Origin: Piromyces finnis finn
Taxonomy: Eukaryota > Fungi > Neocallimastigomycota
Assembly: GCA_002104945.1 (NCBI GenBank)
Contig: MCFH01000035.1
Span: 124,001-188,000 of the forward strand
Direction of reading: 5' to 3'
DNA length: 64,000 nucleotides
Shown here in pieces: positions 1 to 21,700 of the stretch; positions within the stretch are counted from its first letter, which is position 1; the number at the start of each line of letters is the position of its first letter. A program made the translations under genes and the position numbers. Below the pieces are notes generated by a model. The model saw nothing but the letters and a program-made list of their open reading frames with translations, had not been told where the DNA came from and did not search any database.

Positions 1-5392
<5,392 letters not shown>

Positions 5393-5964
5393 ACAAAAAA
5401 AAATAACCAAAAATAAATATCTTTTGGAATTAAAGTATATATCCTAGTTGTACATTATTTAATTTTAATAATTTATACTTTATTATCTAAAAGAAGAAAA
5501 AATGTTATAATACATTATATTAAATATTTAGACATAGCTATCTGAACTTTTTTTAAAATTTATTTAATATGAAATTATTTTTTTTTTAAAAAATATTTGT
5601 TAATTTTAATATATAAATATATATAGATCATATATATATATATAATAATAATAAAAAAGACAAAAGTCATTTTAAAAGATTTAATATTTAAATTAATTAT
5701 ATAGAAAATTTTTATTAGGAATTAGGAATATATTATTATTATTATTAATTTTGGGAATTATATACATTTAATATTTACATTATAATGTAAAAGATAACGA
5801 TAACAATATCAATATATATATATATATTGTTATTAGAATAGTGAGTTATATACAGTTTTCATTTAATTTTATAATATGTACGTCTATTATAGAATCAATG
5901 TAGATTTAGCAAAAAGATAAATTATTTGTAATTATATAATCATTGCATGCACTATATAATTTTG

Positions 5965-8900
5965 CTATTTAGCTTTTGTTATTTTTAACACACTTATCAC
6001 AAACACAATTATTTCTAATAGATATTTTCTTAAATTTTCTTTCCTTAACTCTTCCAAATAATATATGAGTGCATTCATTAAGTTGTGCAATTTCATTCTA
6101 TATCATATATATATTGTATTTAAAAATAGTCTTATTTAATATCTATATTGGTTTACTAATTATTATTATTTTTTATTTTTCATACTTCATTTAATGATAA
6201 AAATTTAATAAGGGAATTCTTATTAATATTGAAATTTGCAGGTAATAAAAGAACTTCAGAAAAGGCAATAATGTAAACTGGGTATAAAAATTCAGAAAAA
6301 TCTAATAAAATTTTTATATTATTTATATATTTTATTTTATTAATAAATAGTAATTTAAAGCATTACTTATCATATTTAACTTACTGTTATTAACAATATA
6401 ATTGAAAGCTCTAAATGATGAAACATATTTTTCAATTGGCTTAGCCAAACCAAGTGTCTCCTTTAAATAATTTATATATTCAATTAAAATACTCTATTAT
6501 ATAAATATAAATATTTAGAATGACTTAATGAATATTATAGAATACTATTTTCATATTACTATAATAAATATTATTACATGTGGTGAAGTAATATATAGGT
6601 TCCAATTTAATTTAGCTAATAATTTTCTTTCCATTTTCTAATCATAACAAAATAATAAAAATATTAATTGAACTATTCTAGTTCTTTAAAATTTTTTACT
6701 TTCATTTTTTATATTCTATTTCATTTTTAAACATACTTTAATATCATTCATTTTGATAGGAGATGTACTTGAAGAAATAACATCAGTAATTGTTGGTTCA
6801 TTTAGTTCCTCGTTAAACTAATTAAATTTATTATAAAAATTTAATTATTAATAATTTACATAATAAATATTTATATTATCATAATAACAATAATAATTAT
6901 ATGATAATATTTACTTTTCCTGCTATATACATTGCTGTTAAAATTATTAATTCTAACGTTTTTGATTGAACTCTACATACAGATTTAGTGTATCTATATA
7001 CATAATTCATGGATAAATATAATGTTTCATCGGTAAAACGATACATATTATTAAACTATATTGTAGAAGTATTTATAATAAATAAAAATAATTTTTAGTA
7101 TTGTGCATGTATGAATAATAATTATATTTATTTATTATTCATACATTATATATTTGTTCTGCAATATTTCTTATTTGTCGGGCTTCTTTTGGTGTATGAG
7201 TTACAGGGGTATTTGAATTACAAATATATGAAAATTGTGAACGACTCATTTCAATTAATGATTTTAATTTTGAAGGAAATTTAGTTGTAGTTTGAACTAT
7301 ATGTATTATATTAATATATTAATTATAAATTAATGTAAAATAGTATTGTATAATTAATGAATATATATAATTTAAATACATATTATGATATAAGATATAA
7401 TTATAATTGTTTTTTTTACCTAATTTTTTATTTAAATTATCATGTTGTTTTAACATTTTTTTACTTATTTTAATAACCAACTTTGTTTTCTTTGCTTTAT
7501 TTCTTTCTGTTTTATCATTTAATGAGTTCTTTTAATAATAAATATATTAATGACTATTTAGTTATTTAATTTTACACCTAAATTTATGATAATATAATAT
7601 ATTTACCATTATGACGTTTTTTGTTTTTTCTTCACAGTTAATTTTTTTATCTAAAATATTCATTTTATCTAAACTATTAGTAATATTTATAGATTCGTTT
7701 TTAATAATATTATTATTATAATAAGCATCAGGCGAAATATTAGGCATTGAAATTATAGCATTGTCTTTTTCGATATTTTTATTGAATTCTAAGGATAAAT
7801 CACTTGTTGAATGGGTATCATTTTGTGTAAATAAAGATTGATTGTTAATATGAGTGCCGGATATAGTTTCTACAGAAAGAAATATTATGTATTTGTATTT
7901 TAAATAAAAAATTAATAAATAATAACATTGAAATATTATTTCTACATTTTTTTAAAATTGAATTTTTTTTTTTTTTAATTGTATTAAATCTACCTTTAAA
8001 TGAAATATCTTTTTTTTTTGGTATTACTTTATTTTCTTTTGAAAAATTACTATTTAATGATTTATTATCAATAGAAATAGGTCCATTTATTTTATTTATT
8101 AAATGAAAATTTTCATCTTCCAAAATTTCATTTTCTGAAATTTTTATTTTTTTGCTCTTATCAATATTTTCAGTTTCATTGTCAGAATCAAGATTTTGAA
8201 ATTTACGTTTGAAATTAAATAACGGGTTTTTTGAAGTTAAATCATTTTCATCAATTCTTACAGTTGAAGTGTTAGTAATATTAGAATGAGGAATATAATT
8301 ACTATTTAAATTATCATTACTTTGATAATTTGAAAAAAGAGATGATAAAGGATTAGTATTACATAAAGAATTTAAGTTGGAATTTTTTAATTTTTCTTCT
8401 TCAAATTCTATTAAATTATCATTTTTTAAATTTTTATTTTTCCTATCAATATTTCTATTTTTATAAATATATTCATCGGAAATTAAATTATAATTTAAAA
8501 ATGAACTTGATAATTCACTATTATCATTTAAATTATTCAATAAATTGCTAGTTTGGGAATTAAATATAGTATTATTTAACAAAGTATCATTTATAGCTTT
8601 GACATTATAATGTTTTAAATATATATTTTGTTCTGTTGAATATGGTTTATTTTTTTCATTGAGATTTTTGTTTTTGTTGTTTAAAGTTGTTATATTGCTG
8701 AAGTTAGAAACATCTTGATTAGTATTATTAATATATGTTGATTTATAACTTTTAGTAAAAGTACTATTTACAGATATATTGTTGCTTTGACATTTGTCTG
8801 AAGGAGTAAATAATAAAAAATTAGAGGTATTACTATTTTGTTGTAAGTTACTATTATGTATATGCTTTTTAATGGTTTTTTTTGTAGTGTTTAAAAATTC

Positions 8901-9008
8901 TGGGCTTATGTTGTTACAATAATCGTTATGAACGAAATTAGATTCATTTTCAATTTTATTTTTGGGAGATAAAGGTGTAATAATAGTTGAATTTAAATTA
9001 TTGAGCAT
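5965..9008 (-). CDS. Divergent cyclin-box protein with a long Asn-rich N-terminal extension (multi-exon)
   Basis: Exon 1 lies within ORF 7845-9008 (donor ~7993). Minus-strand exons read FNNMYRFTDETLYLSMNYVYRYTKSVCRVQSKTLELIILTAMYIAGK / FNEELNEPT / RKMERKLLAKLNWNLYYFTPH, which fit the cyclin N-box pattern (ETLYL..NY..R, A..IA.K.EE, ME..LL..L.W.L..PTP). Stop at ~5965. Confidence 0.7.
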
Positions 9009-11718
9009 TATAAAAGAAAAGTGAGACGATTATTATTATGAAATAGTTATATAATAATATAAAATTTTTTATTTATTAATTATATAGAAATATTTAGAGA
9101 TAGAATTTATATTTCTATATTATTACAGAGAATCTTTATTTAAAGCTTTTTTTTTTTTTTTTGATTAATATATATTATATAAAATTTTCTTTATTTTTTA
9201 TATATAAAAAAAAGAAAAGAATATTATAAATATATAGAAATCCTTTCAAGTAATTTTTTACAATTAGTAAATTACAAAAAAATAAAAATAATTATGAATA
9301 TTTATTAATATATCTATTTTAAATATTTTAATAAAAAAAAATGAATGAATGTAAAGAGTAAATGGTCTATGAAAAAGATTTCCTTGAACACCTTCAATAA
9401 CAATTTATTCTATAAAAATATGAAACATAATCATATTTTGTATTTTTTGATATACATGCTAAGCTTAACAGGAGATTCTTAAGATTTATTGTTGTTATTG
9501 CTGTCTGTTGTTGTTGATTTTATATATTGTAATAATATTCTTTAATTTTTTTATTATGAAGTTTTCAAAATTTACATTAAGAGAAGATATTTAAATATTT
9601 AACATTTATTATGATAAATGAATAAATGAATATTTTTTTATATCAAAAATACATATGTATAATAGAGATTATTACAATAAAGATAAATAACTGTGAAAAT
9701 AAATAATTTAGATGAATAAATAGTAAATTATAACTAAAGAGGATTTAAATAAAAGATAATAGCTTTTAAATTAAAAACTATAACTGAAAAAAAAAAAAAA
9801 AGAAAAAAAGAAAAGAAAATAAAAGAGAAGAAATAAAATGAAAAAGTATAAAATAAAAAAAGTTTATATTTTAAAGTTATATTTAATTTATGTTTTTATT
9901 TTAAAACTTTATAATTAATTTAAAATATATATATAATATCAAATTTTTAATTTTAATTAATAAATAATATATTAAAATAAATTTTAGTATTATTTTTATA
10001 TTTTTAATAAATAAAATAAACCTAAAAGGGATGGTAGTTCCTTTAATAAAATATTATATTTTATTAATATTTCATATTTCATTACAAATTTATTATCATT
10101 TTTACTATTATTACTTTTTTTTCCTATTTCTTTTCTCTCTTTTTTTATTTAATTTATTATATATTATATATTTCTTTAGTTAACTTTTCAAAACTCATTA
10201 AAAATTTGAAATTTTTTATATGAATTAAAATTTAAATTTACCACAAAAAAATAAGATTTAAAGTATATTGATTTTATATTACACCAATAAATACAAATAT
10301 ACTGTAATATAAGGTTTTTTTTTAATATATTAAATATCAAAATTTTAAAATTTTAAAAAAAGTTTTATGAACTTCAATGTACTACATAATTAATAATATG
10401 AAAAAAATATTTTTGCTTTTTTTATATATAATTCACTTTTTTTTTTTTTTATTATGAACAATCCTTCGTTTCATATAATTTTAACATATTAAATGATTAA
10501 AAGTAAAACTATTAGTATGTATGTACTGATATACTAATATGCAATATTATTGATATTTATTAATGCTATAATAATTTTAATTAATTTATAATGAAAGCTG
10601 AATTTAGAATAATTAAAATAATTAAAAGGTGAAAATAATGTATGTTTTTTAAATTATTTAATTAATAAAAAATTGGAATAAAAGAAACTCAACATAATAA
10701 TTAAACTATATATAAATAGAACAATATATGAAATAAAATAAAATAATATTAATAAGCATTAAAAAAAAATACTATAAAATAGATATTTATATTTAAATAA
10801 ATAATATTAATATAAAAGTATTAAATGTATATTTAATTATCGATTTAATTGATTATTTAAAAAATATGATGTATTTTATAAAAGAATAATGTTAAACGTT
10901 TATATAATTAGAGATATTTATACAAAGATAATATAGATTCATATTTTTTTTCTTATATTTTCTTATTATCTATCTTTGTATAAATAATCTCTAATTATAT
11001 AAAAGTAAAAGAAAAAATAATATGAATTTATTATAATAATTATTTTTTTTGTAAAAGTTCATCATGAATCATTATATTTGTACATTAAAAAAAATATAAA
11101 CTCAAAAACTTTTAATTAAAATTAAAATTTATATTTAAAATATTAACTTATTAATTAAAAAACTTTTATTGCAGTTTTAAATTATATAAAATTGTTGATG
11201 AATAATTTAAAATTTATTTATAAAAAGAAAATATAATAAAAAAAAAATATTTTATGTATTAATAAGTTTTAAATTAATAGTAAAAGTTTATATATTTACA
11301 TCAATATGAAAACTTATAACATGAATGTGTAAATTATTAAAATTTTCTATTTTTTTTTTAAAAAAATATTTAAATAATATATTAATTTATTAATTTCTTT
11401 TTTATATATACAATTTATTAAATTTTTAATAATAGACTTAAGTTGTTTATATTGTAAAAATATTATATTTTTGTATTTTAAATCATATAAATAACTTTAA
11501 ATTATTTTTATGTTATGATAATAAAATAATAGAATATGATTTTTTTTTTTTTAAAACTTATATAGTAAATATTCTATAAAATGCTTAATATATTAAGTAA
11601 ATTTAATCTAATAACAATTTAAATTATAATAAAGGAAAAGTTTATGAATTTCATAAATAATGAATTGAAAATCAATTTTTATGATGTATTTATTAATGAA
11701 AAATATTTCATTGTTATT

Positions 11719-12915
11719 TTAGTCATCATCTCCAGCTTCACCATCAATATCATCTTCGGCATCTTTTTTATATGAACTTTCGTCAACTAATAAATCCATT
11801 TCATCATATTCTTCATTGTTATCTTCTTCTTCTTCTTCTTCCTCAGCTTCTTCTTCTCCTTCTCCTTCTTCTTCACCACTTTCTTCCTCTTCCTCTTCCT
11901 CTTCTTCATCATCATCATCTCTTGGAAGTTGTTCTTTGACAACAATTAAAAGACTTTCTAAATTTTCTTCAGTGAATCTTGATTCACATTCTTCAATAAT
12001 CTTTCATAATATAAATTAAAATTACAATAAATTAAAATAATAATTATAACAAATTTAATGGTTAAATTAGAATAATTCAATTATAATGAATATATAATGT
12101 AATATAAAAAAAGATAATTACTAATGTTAAATCAATTAAAGATTTTGGTCTTAAATTAATAATTTGAAAAACTTCTGTCATAGTTAGTGCATATGGTTTT
12201 AAAGCCTCGATAATATTTCCAATTTGCTCAGGTGTTTGAGTAGAACTTGGCATATTGGATAAATACTTATTAACCTGATATAAATATTCAATTCATAAAT
12301 ATAATTATTTAGTATTAAAAATGAAATGAATAATTAATTATAGTAATATCTTAAATATAGTTTTAATTGACAAATGTTTAATAAATTGAATTCATTATTT
12401 TTTTTTATCAAATATTGAATTTAAATAATGAAATAATATTAAACTTTATAATTTTAAAAGTGATTATGCATAAAAAAAGTATTTATTATAATTTATCTTT
12501 ATGTTAATATACTAATAATTATTTAAAAATCATACTTCATATTCAATAGTTGATAATCCTTGTTGAAATTTATTAAATTTTCCTTTTTTTTTTATATCTT
12601 TGGATTGTAAGAAGGAATATAATTCATAATCCAAGACTATTTAAATAATACATTAATATTAATAGAAGAGTTTTAAAATTACAAAGTAATATATATAATT
12701 TATAATAATATTTATAACAAAATTATAATTGTTAGTATTTTTTTTTTTTAATGTAATTTGAAATCATCGAATTTCATTAATTTTGAAATTTTATTTATAT
12801 TTTAAATTAGATACAATATATTATATAGTACATATTATAACAATGAGTTAATAAATGATATATTTTGAATTTAAAAATATTTACATAACACTGATGAATC
12901 TTGAACAACTTCCAT
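11719..12915 (-). CDS. RPC9: RNA polymerase III subunit RPC9/C17 (CRCP; Rpb4/HRDC family) with an acidic C-terminal tail
   Basis: Exons read MEVVQDSS.., LDYELYSFLQSK...GLSTIEYE, KYLSNMPSSTQTPEQIGNIIEALKPYALTMTEVFQIINLRPKSLIDL, IIEECESRFTEENLESLLIVVKEQLP, then poly-Glu/Asp to TAA. The + strand poly-Ser ORF 11816-12019 is its antisense shadow. Confidence 0.85.
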
Positions 12916-13110
12916 TTTATAATTCTATTATATACACTGTTTAGTTGTTATTTTTTTTTTTTTTTAATAATCATAAATACTGTTAAAATTTGATATATTT
13001 TAACCAATCATTTTACTTCATATATGAATTATTAAATATTAGATTAAATATTATTAAATAGAAAAATTTTAGATATTATAATTATACTGTTTTCACAATA
13101 AATATTATCT
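12916..13110. promoter_or_regulatory. Short divergent (putatively bidirectional) promoter between RPC9 and BUD32, containing a CCAAT motif at ~13004
   Basis: Head-to-head start codons about 195 bp apart; 'aaccaatca' is present in the interval. Function is inferred. Confidence 0.45.
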
Positions 13111-14363
<1,253 letters not shown>

Positions 14364-14715
14364 TTTAAATCTTCTTGTTTATAGCAAAGAAATAAACTTA
14401 TTGATACCCACATTAAATACTTGTGATATTATATTACATTTTTTATTTATAAATGTATAATGATATTATAATTTTTCAAATTTAGTAATAAATTATTATT
14501 AAAATAACAATGACATCAGTAATAATTAACTTTATGTTAAAATAAAATACAAATATTTTAGCAATATTTTATTTTTTAAATTTATAATTCAATAATTAAA
14601 TTTGTTTATATAATATACTTTTTAAAAACAATAAATAAATATAATTTTGAATAAAAAAAAAAAAAAAAAAAAAAAAAAGGAATAGCATGCAGATTATATA
14701 TTTAATTATTTTAAT

Positions 14716-15831
14716 CTATACATAAGATACTGAAATGGCTGAATCCTCTACACCAGCATCATGAATAGTGTCATTTATTTTATCAATTAAACTTTCTCTA
14801 AAGTTTAATAACTATTTATATGTTTATATAATATATAATAAAATATTTTAATTTATGATATATATATGAAAAAATAGAAAAAAAAAAAAAAAAAAATATT
14901 TTTTATTTTCACTATCATTATCATTATTATTTTAGACTTACATCAAAAGGTTGTTCTTTTGCTTCAGGTACAGATCCTTTAATATATTCAAATAAAACCA
15001 AAACCTTATCCTCTATAAGGAATGATCTTATTATTCTTTTTCCATCTAAATTTAATATATTGCATATTATGGAAAGGATATTAATTATTTGCTAGAATTA
15101 TTAAATTTTATTTATTAATTGATTTGAATAAAAATATACCTGGTAATCTAAATTGAATATCAGTAGTATTTCCTGAAGTTGGTTCAGGATTTACAATAGC
15201 CTTAATTTTTTTATGGACTATATAAAAACAATTGTTATTTATATATATATTTGGTATTTGGTATATTGGTATATATTAAAACTATATATAAATATCATAG
15301 ATATTAATAAATACATACATTTTTCACATAATTCATCCTTACTTAAGGATTCATCAACCACAAAGGATTCATCTTCTTCCTTTTGACCGTTAACTTCGTT
15401 CATTTCATTTTCCTCGATTTCATCAAGTTGTGAATTATTATCAGATTCATAGTCATCATCCATGAATTCATAATATTCATCATCATCGTCGATAGTAATT
15501 GATTCATTATTATGATTCAAATTTTGATCATTCATTGACATTTTCATAGCCATATTGATTTGCTCCTCTTCACTCATAGTATCAATGTTTCTCTAATAAC
15601 AATACAATTGTAATATTTAATGTATAAATTAATACATTTTATGGTTTAATAATTATATTATGATTCAATAATTTGGTATCCTTACTCCTCCTATATAATT
15701 AGAATTACCCATATTTGTTTTTAATGGTTGGCTTGATTGTAAATTATTCGCTATTAAGAAATTAGTTACTATTATACAAAAATTATTAGAACTTCCTACT
15801 CGTATAAAAATATATATATACATATAAATTT

Positions 15832-15868
<37 letters not shown>

Positions 15869-17392
15869 TTCAACTACAAATATATCAGCTTTAACAACTT
15901 CATCCCAAACTCTGATTCTTTCACCAGTTCTTGGATCAACTAATGATATATGTGGATATTTTTCAAATGGATAAAATTGCTTATATTGTTGACCTTCTCT
16001 ACTTGTTATTGGATACTATAATTGAAGTTTTATAAAATTAATGTTTAATATTTAATAATTTATTATTTTATTATTTTATTATTTTATTTCATTTTTATTT
16101 TTATTTTTATTTTTATTCATATTATAATCATACCTGAATAAAAATAAAATGTTCTCTAACTAAACTTTTAACATCTATATTAAAAATAAAATAAAATAAT
16201 TATTAACAATAGATAATTTATTATACTTTTAAATAATTTATTCACTATATATACCTTCATTTTTCCATAAATCCCGATTTAATAATTGACAATCGAATTC
16301 AGATGAATCTAAATAAATTAAGAAAAAAAAAAATTATATTACGGGTTATTAAATTATATTTAAAAACAATTTTATTAATTATACTAGTATAAAATTCGAA
16401 CCTTGAATATTTACTAGAAGCCATTTTTTATTTTGTTTAGCATCTTCTCGAGCCTTTATATCATATTCATATTATATAATTAGGGATTTTATTTATTAAT
16501 TAAAGTAATTAAAGAATAATATACAATAAAATAAAAATATGATTTATTAAAAAAAATATTACATACTTCCTCAAATGAACCATTAAATATTATATCAGAT
16601 GGGATTTTAAATAACTCTGAAAGTTTCTGAGATTTATTCCAAGTTTCTTCATCTTGTTCGTCATCACCTATTGTATTGTTTCTAATAAGTATTTAAAAAA
16701 CACTTTAAAAGCTTATAAAACTTATTATAAAAAACATTTACTAATTCTAAATTCTCCTGTTTCAGTTGAAAAATCTCTAAATGGATCAAGACTTTGGAAA
16801 GATTGTTGATAAGTTGATTGTTGCCAAGCTTTCAAAATTTATAAATTAATTTTTTATAAATTTATTTTATTTTTTTTTAATATTATTTAAATAATTACTT
16901 AGCATTAACATTATTTTATAGAATAAATTATTATTGTTGTTTAGTTGCGACTTACATCCATAATTATAATCATCAACCAAAATATCAGTTGTTGCTGCAA
17001 TAGGTGCTCTAACATCATCAATAATTGGTGGGGCTGGTTGATGATGTATATTAGATGATGTTCCTTCTTCAAAATTATTATCAGTTGGGATTACTTCTAC
17101 ACTCTTTTTTGGTATTTCAAAACCACTAAAATAAAGTTGTAATGCATTTTCTAAAATACCGTCTGCAACCTTTATTTTTGTTAGAATTTTAATATTATAT
17201 ATGTTTTTTTTTTTTAAAAAAAAATATGTAAAAATAAATATTATTTCCAATTTTTAAATAAAACTTTTATTTTTTTTTTTAGAAAGATAAAATTATAATT
17301 ACAGATAAATAATCTTTTGCAACATCTGGTGTTGTATCTGCGATATCACAAAATTGTGTAATAACATTATCATCAAATTCTTGAACATCCAT
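14716..17392 (-). CDS. UBX5: UBX domain protein, Ubx5/UBXN7 type (UBA-like, UAS thioredoxin-like, UIM, UBX)
   Basis: N-terminal UBA-like segment (VITQFCDIADTTPDVAKDYL...LENALQLYF), VRAPIAATTDILV, LSELFKIPSDIIFNGSFE, AREDAKQNKKWLLVNIQ, YKQFYPFEKYPHISLVDPRTGERIRVW, UIM EEEQINMAMKMSM, and UBX TTDIQFRLPG. Confidence 0.85.
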
Positions 17393-17421
17393 TTTTCTTT
17401 TTTTCTTTTTTCTCTTCTTTT

Positions 17422-17463
<42 letters not shown>

Positions 17464-18724
17464 TATTTAATGATACTTTTATATTATTGCATATATATAT
17501 ATATTATATGATTTCTAAAATCGAATTATTAAAATTAATATAAATATTTGAAAAAAAAAAAATATATATTATGTTAAGATAGTTTCATTTATCATAAAGT
17601 TTTTTTTTTTTTTTTTTTATTTTATTTTTAATATGTAACGATATATAATAATAATAATGATAATAATAATAGTAAAAAAAATAAATTTCATTAGTTTTTG
17701 AAAATGAAAATGTATTGACAATTTTTAATATTATAAAAAAAAAACTTTACATCAGCTATATTTAGAATCTTATATTAATATTTAATAAATTATTATGGTA
17801 TATTTTGAAATATAAATGAATATATTATTCCTTTAGAATGTTAATTTTTAAGGAATATTTTCTAAATTAGATATTTACTTGTATTATTTTAATATTATTA
17901 CAAGTATTTTATAAAAAATGTAATTATGGAGAAATATTAAATTATTTTTAAAGTTAATATGTATTACAAATTACACTTTCAATAATATAAAAAAAATGAA
18001 TTGAATTGTAAATTAAAATTTATTTCTTTTTATGTATTATTAAACAAATTAATTATTAATTAGAAATTTTAAAAATTACAAATATCACAATTATGTGGAT
18101 ATGTGTTAAAATATTTTTCTTTTTTTTATTAAAATCATTGAAGTATATTAATATAAAAATATAGAATAATGAATAACTGTTCTACATTTATAAAATGTAT
18201 TTATTATGAAATATTTGTATATATGGATATGGATATAATTATATTTAATTATATTTTAAAGCTTGTTTTAATTTTATTTAGTATATTATATTTTTCTCAT
18301 AAAATGTTTATATTCAAATCAAAGATATAAAAGCAGTTACACATTTTATTAATAAAAACGCTGGCATTTTAATATAATAAGAAATGGTTTTCTATTCTTT
18401 ACATTGTATATATATACATGATTATTTTTTTTTACTTAAATAGATTGAATTATGATTTTAATAAATAATTCATTAATTAAAAATATTTGATTGGCTTATC
18501 AATAATATAAACTTTTATATTTTAGAAAGAATGAAATATAAAAGAAATAAAAATTAAGAGAAATAGAAATATTTTAAAACAAGTAGTTATTAATAAAAGA
18601 TTATTATCATCTTTTAATATTATTTTTGAAAATAATTTGTTATTTACTACTTTATAATTTTTAAATTATTAAATATTAAAAATAATAGATAAAACAAGGT
18701 GTCTATATATTAAAATAATAAAAC

Positions 18725-21700
18725 ATGAGTGACAGAGCAGTTAATAATATATATGGTAACTAAAACGACCATTAAACTCATTTCTTTTATATATTTTTAT
18801 TAATTATTAAATATTTATAATTATAGAAATATTTTTATATAACTAAACTTTACTTTGTTTAAAATTTAATAATATATATTAATATTATCGTAAAAAGATG
18901 CTATCTACAACGAAAATTATAGATTAGCTTTAACCTTAAGTAACAAAGCATTAAAAAAATTTCATAATGACCCTGCTATTAATGTAAACATTCTGAAAAT
19001 TATTATAAATATTTTATATTTTTTCAAAAAAAAAAAAAAAAAAAAAGAAAAAAGAAAGAAAGAAAGAAATACTTTAATTAAATGTTCATAGTTATTCTGT
19101 TTATCAACATTATTATTTATTTTGATATATATATTTTGCATTCTTATTAATAAGGCAATGAAATCATTAGCTTTAGTCAAGTTAGAAAAGTATGAGGAAG
19201 CAGAAGAAATTGCAAAATTTGTTATGGAATCAAAACCAGTTGAAGAAACAATTTTACAAGCTTTGAATTTAACCTTAAAAGATCTCCAAAAATGTATGAT
19301 TTTTTAAAATAACTTTTATTTTTAAAAATATTTATTGAAATCAACATTTCTTTCTTTTTTTTTTTATCCTTTTCACTTTTAACTATTTCAAAATAAAAAC
19401 AAAATATTAAGTATTTTTTATTTAATAATTATAAAAATATTAATATTAATCTCATTAAATAATTATGCTTTTAATAAGATGATGAAATTGTTGAATTATT
19501 CCAAAATGCATTTGAAGCAGATATCACAAATGAAGAATACGCAAATCAATATTTCATGGCAATTACAAGAATAAATAATTATGATTTACAAAAACAAGTA
19601 TGTACATATATAATTTCAATAAAATAAATTAAAAAGAAATAATAATAATAATTAAATTATTAAATATTTATTATTATTATTTCAAAAAGTTAGATATAAA
19701 TATTTTTTAATACATTTTATTATTTTTTTATAATATTTTAAAAGACTGCATTAAAACTTAATAAACTTTTTAGTAATAGTTCTTCTAATAAAAAAGGAAA
19801 ATATTTCTGTTGGGCTATCATGTCCTTAATTTTACAAGTAAGTAAATTAATTTAAGAGTTTTTTAAAATTCTTTTCGAAATAAAATGTAATAATCATTAC
19901 AATAATAAAAATAATAAAAATTATTATAATAAGTCTCGCTACCAAAAAGATTGTCCAAAAGCCCTTATTACTAAATTAGCTGAGCAAATGATTTTAAAGG
20001 CTATTGAAAAAGATTTTATTATTGACTATGAAGGTAAGTGATATTTTATATTAGTATCCAGTTGGAACATATATTAACTTATTACTTGTTAATTTAATAT
20101 TAATAATAAATTATAATTAGGTTTATTCATGTACTTGACAATTCTTATTGATCAAGAAAGATACAAAGAAGCTTTAGATATATTAAATGGAGATTTGGGA
20201 TCAAAATGTATTAAAATCGAAACAGAAAGAAATAGATTAAATATAGAATTAAATCGCAAAACTAAACAATGGGAACAGTTAATTAAAGTTTGTCAAGACA
20301 TTATTGAAAATAACGAGTAATTATCAAAATAACTATAAGCTAACATAACATCAATTATAAAGTTATATATGAATTAATTATAAAATATTTAAAATTCATA
20401 ATTTATTTTATATAATTAGCCACGATAACTTTACTTGTTTCTATAATATTATTGACGCATTATTCATATTAATAGAAGAAAATGTCTTAGCAATTGATTA
20501 TTTGTAAGTATAATGAAAATTATTTAAATTATATATATAATTATATAATAAATAAAGTAAAAGAGTTTTATTAAAATTATTATTAATTTTACTATATTAA
20601 ATTTATAATGTAATTTAAAATAAAGAAATAATGAAACATTTATTAATGTATACGATTGGATTAAAAAGATTCAAGAAGAAGAATTAAAGAATGGAATTTC
20701 AAAAATTAAGCGTGCACCATTTATTGCTGAAATTGAACTTGAAAAGAAAATTATCAATATGACTGGTATATACTTTCAAATAATTCTATATCAAATATAA
20801 AAGTTAATGTTTAATCAATTATAATAATTACTTTTTTCAATTATTTGTATTTCACATAAAAGGTTTTACTATGGACAAACACAAAAATATATTAATTGAA
20901 TATGTAAAGAAATTTGGAGATAAATACTGTTGTTTTGAAGATTTATTACCATATCTCGAAATATTAGATTCTGATGAACTTATAAATGATTTCAAAGCTG
21001 AATTAAATAAACTTATTAAAAGTGTATGGAATGGATATATTACTTATTTATTTTTATATGATCAATTCAGTTTAACAAATATTAATATTAATGAAAATGT
21101 TAATTGCATATTATAGACTGACATAAATGTTAATGATATTCAAAGAAATGTTAATATTGAAAAGATAAATTTCTATCTTGGATATAAAATCAATAATGAA
21201 GAAGAAATGAAGCAATATGTTAAAAAATTAATTTCTTTATATGAAGAAACTCTTCCATTTGGTAAATATTAAAAATCTATAATAATTAATTAGGTAATAT
21301 GATTTGATTTGTTATTAATAAATTGATATAATGGGGTAATTATTTTAAATAGGTACAAAATTAGAAGACACTGAAAGACAATTTGGTGATGATTATTTAG
21401 TTATTGCTGCTTCACTCTTGATAGATTATTATAAATTAACTGATAAAACTTGTTATATTTATCAAGCAATTGCTATTTTAGAACATGGTCTTGAAAAAAG
21501 TAAATTTAATTTCCAATTTAAGATAATATTAATGAGACTTTATTCAATTTTAGGTGATGCATTCCGTACTACAGAATTAAGTAGATCATTAAATCTTCGT
21601 TCTATTCAATTCGATACATTAAGTTTCTTATACACTGAAGGAATGGATTCATTAAATATCGTTCAAATTCCATTACATATTTACAATTTATGTTTATCTA

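Noticed and set aside
11816-12019. Poly-Ser ORF on +
   Set aside because: Antisense of the Glu/Asp tail of RPC9.
18962-19180. 72-aa minus-strand ORF
   Set aside because: Lies antisense across a NAA25 intron and its poly-A/T tract; low-complexity composition.
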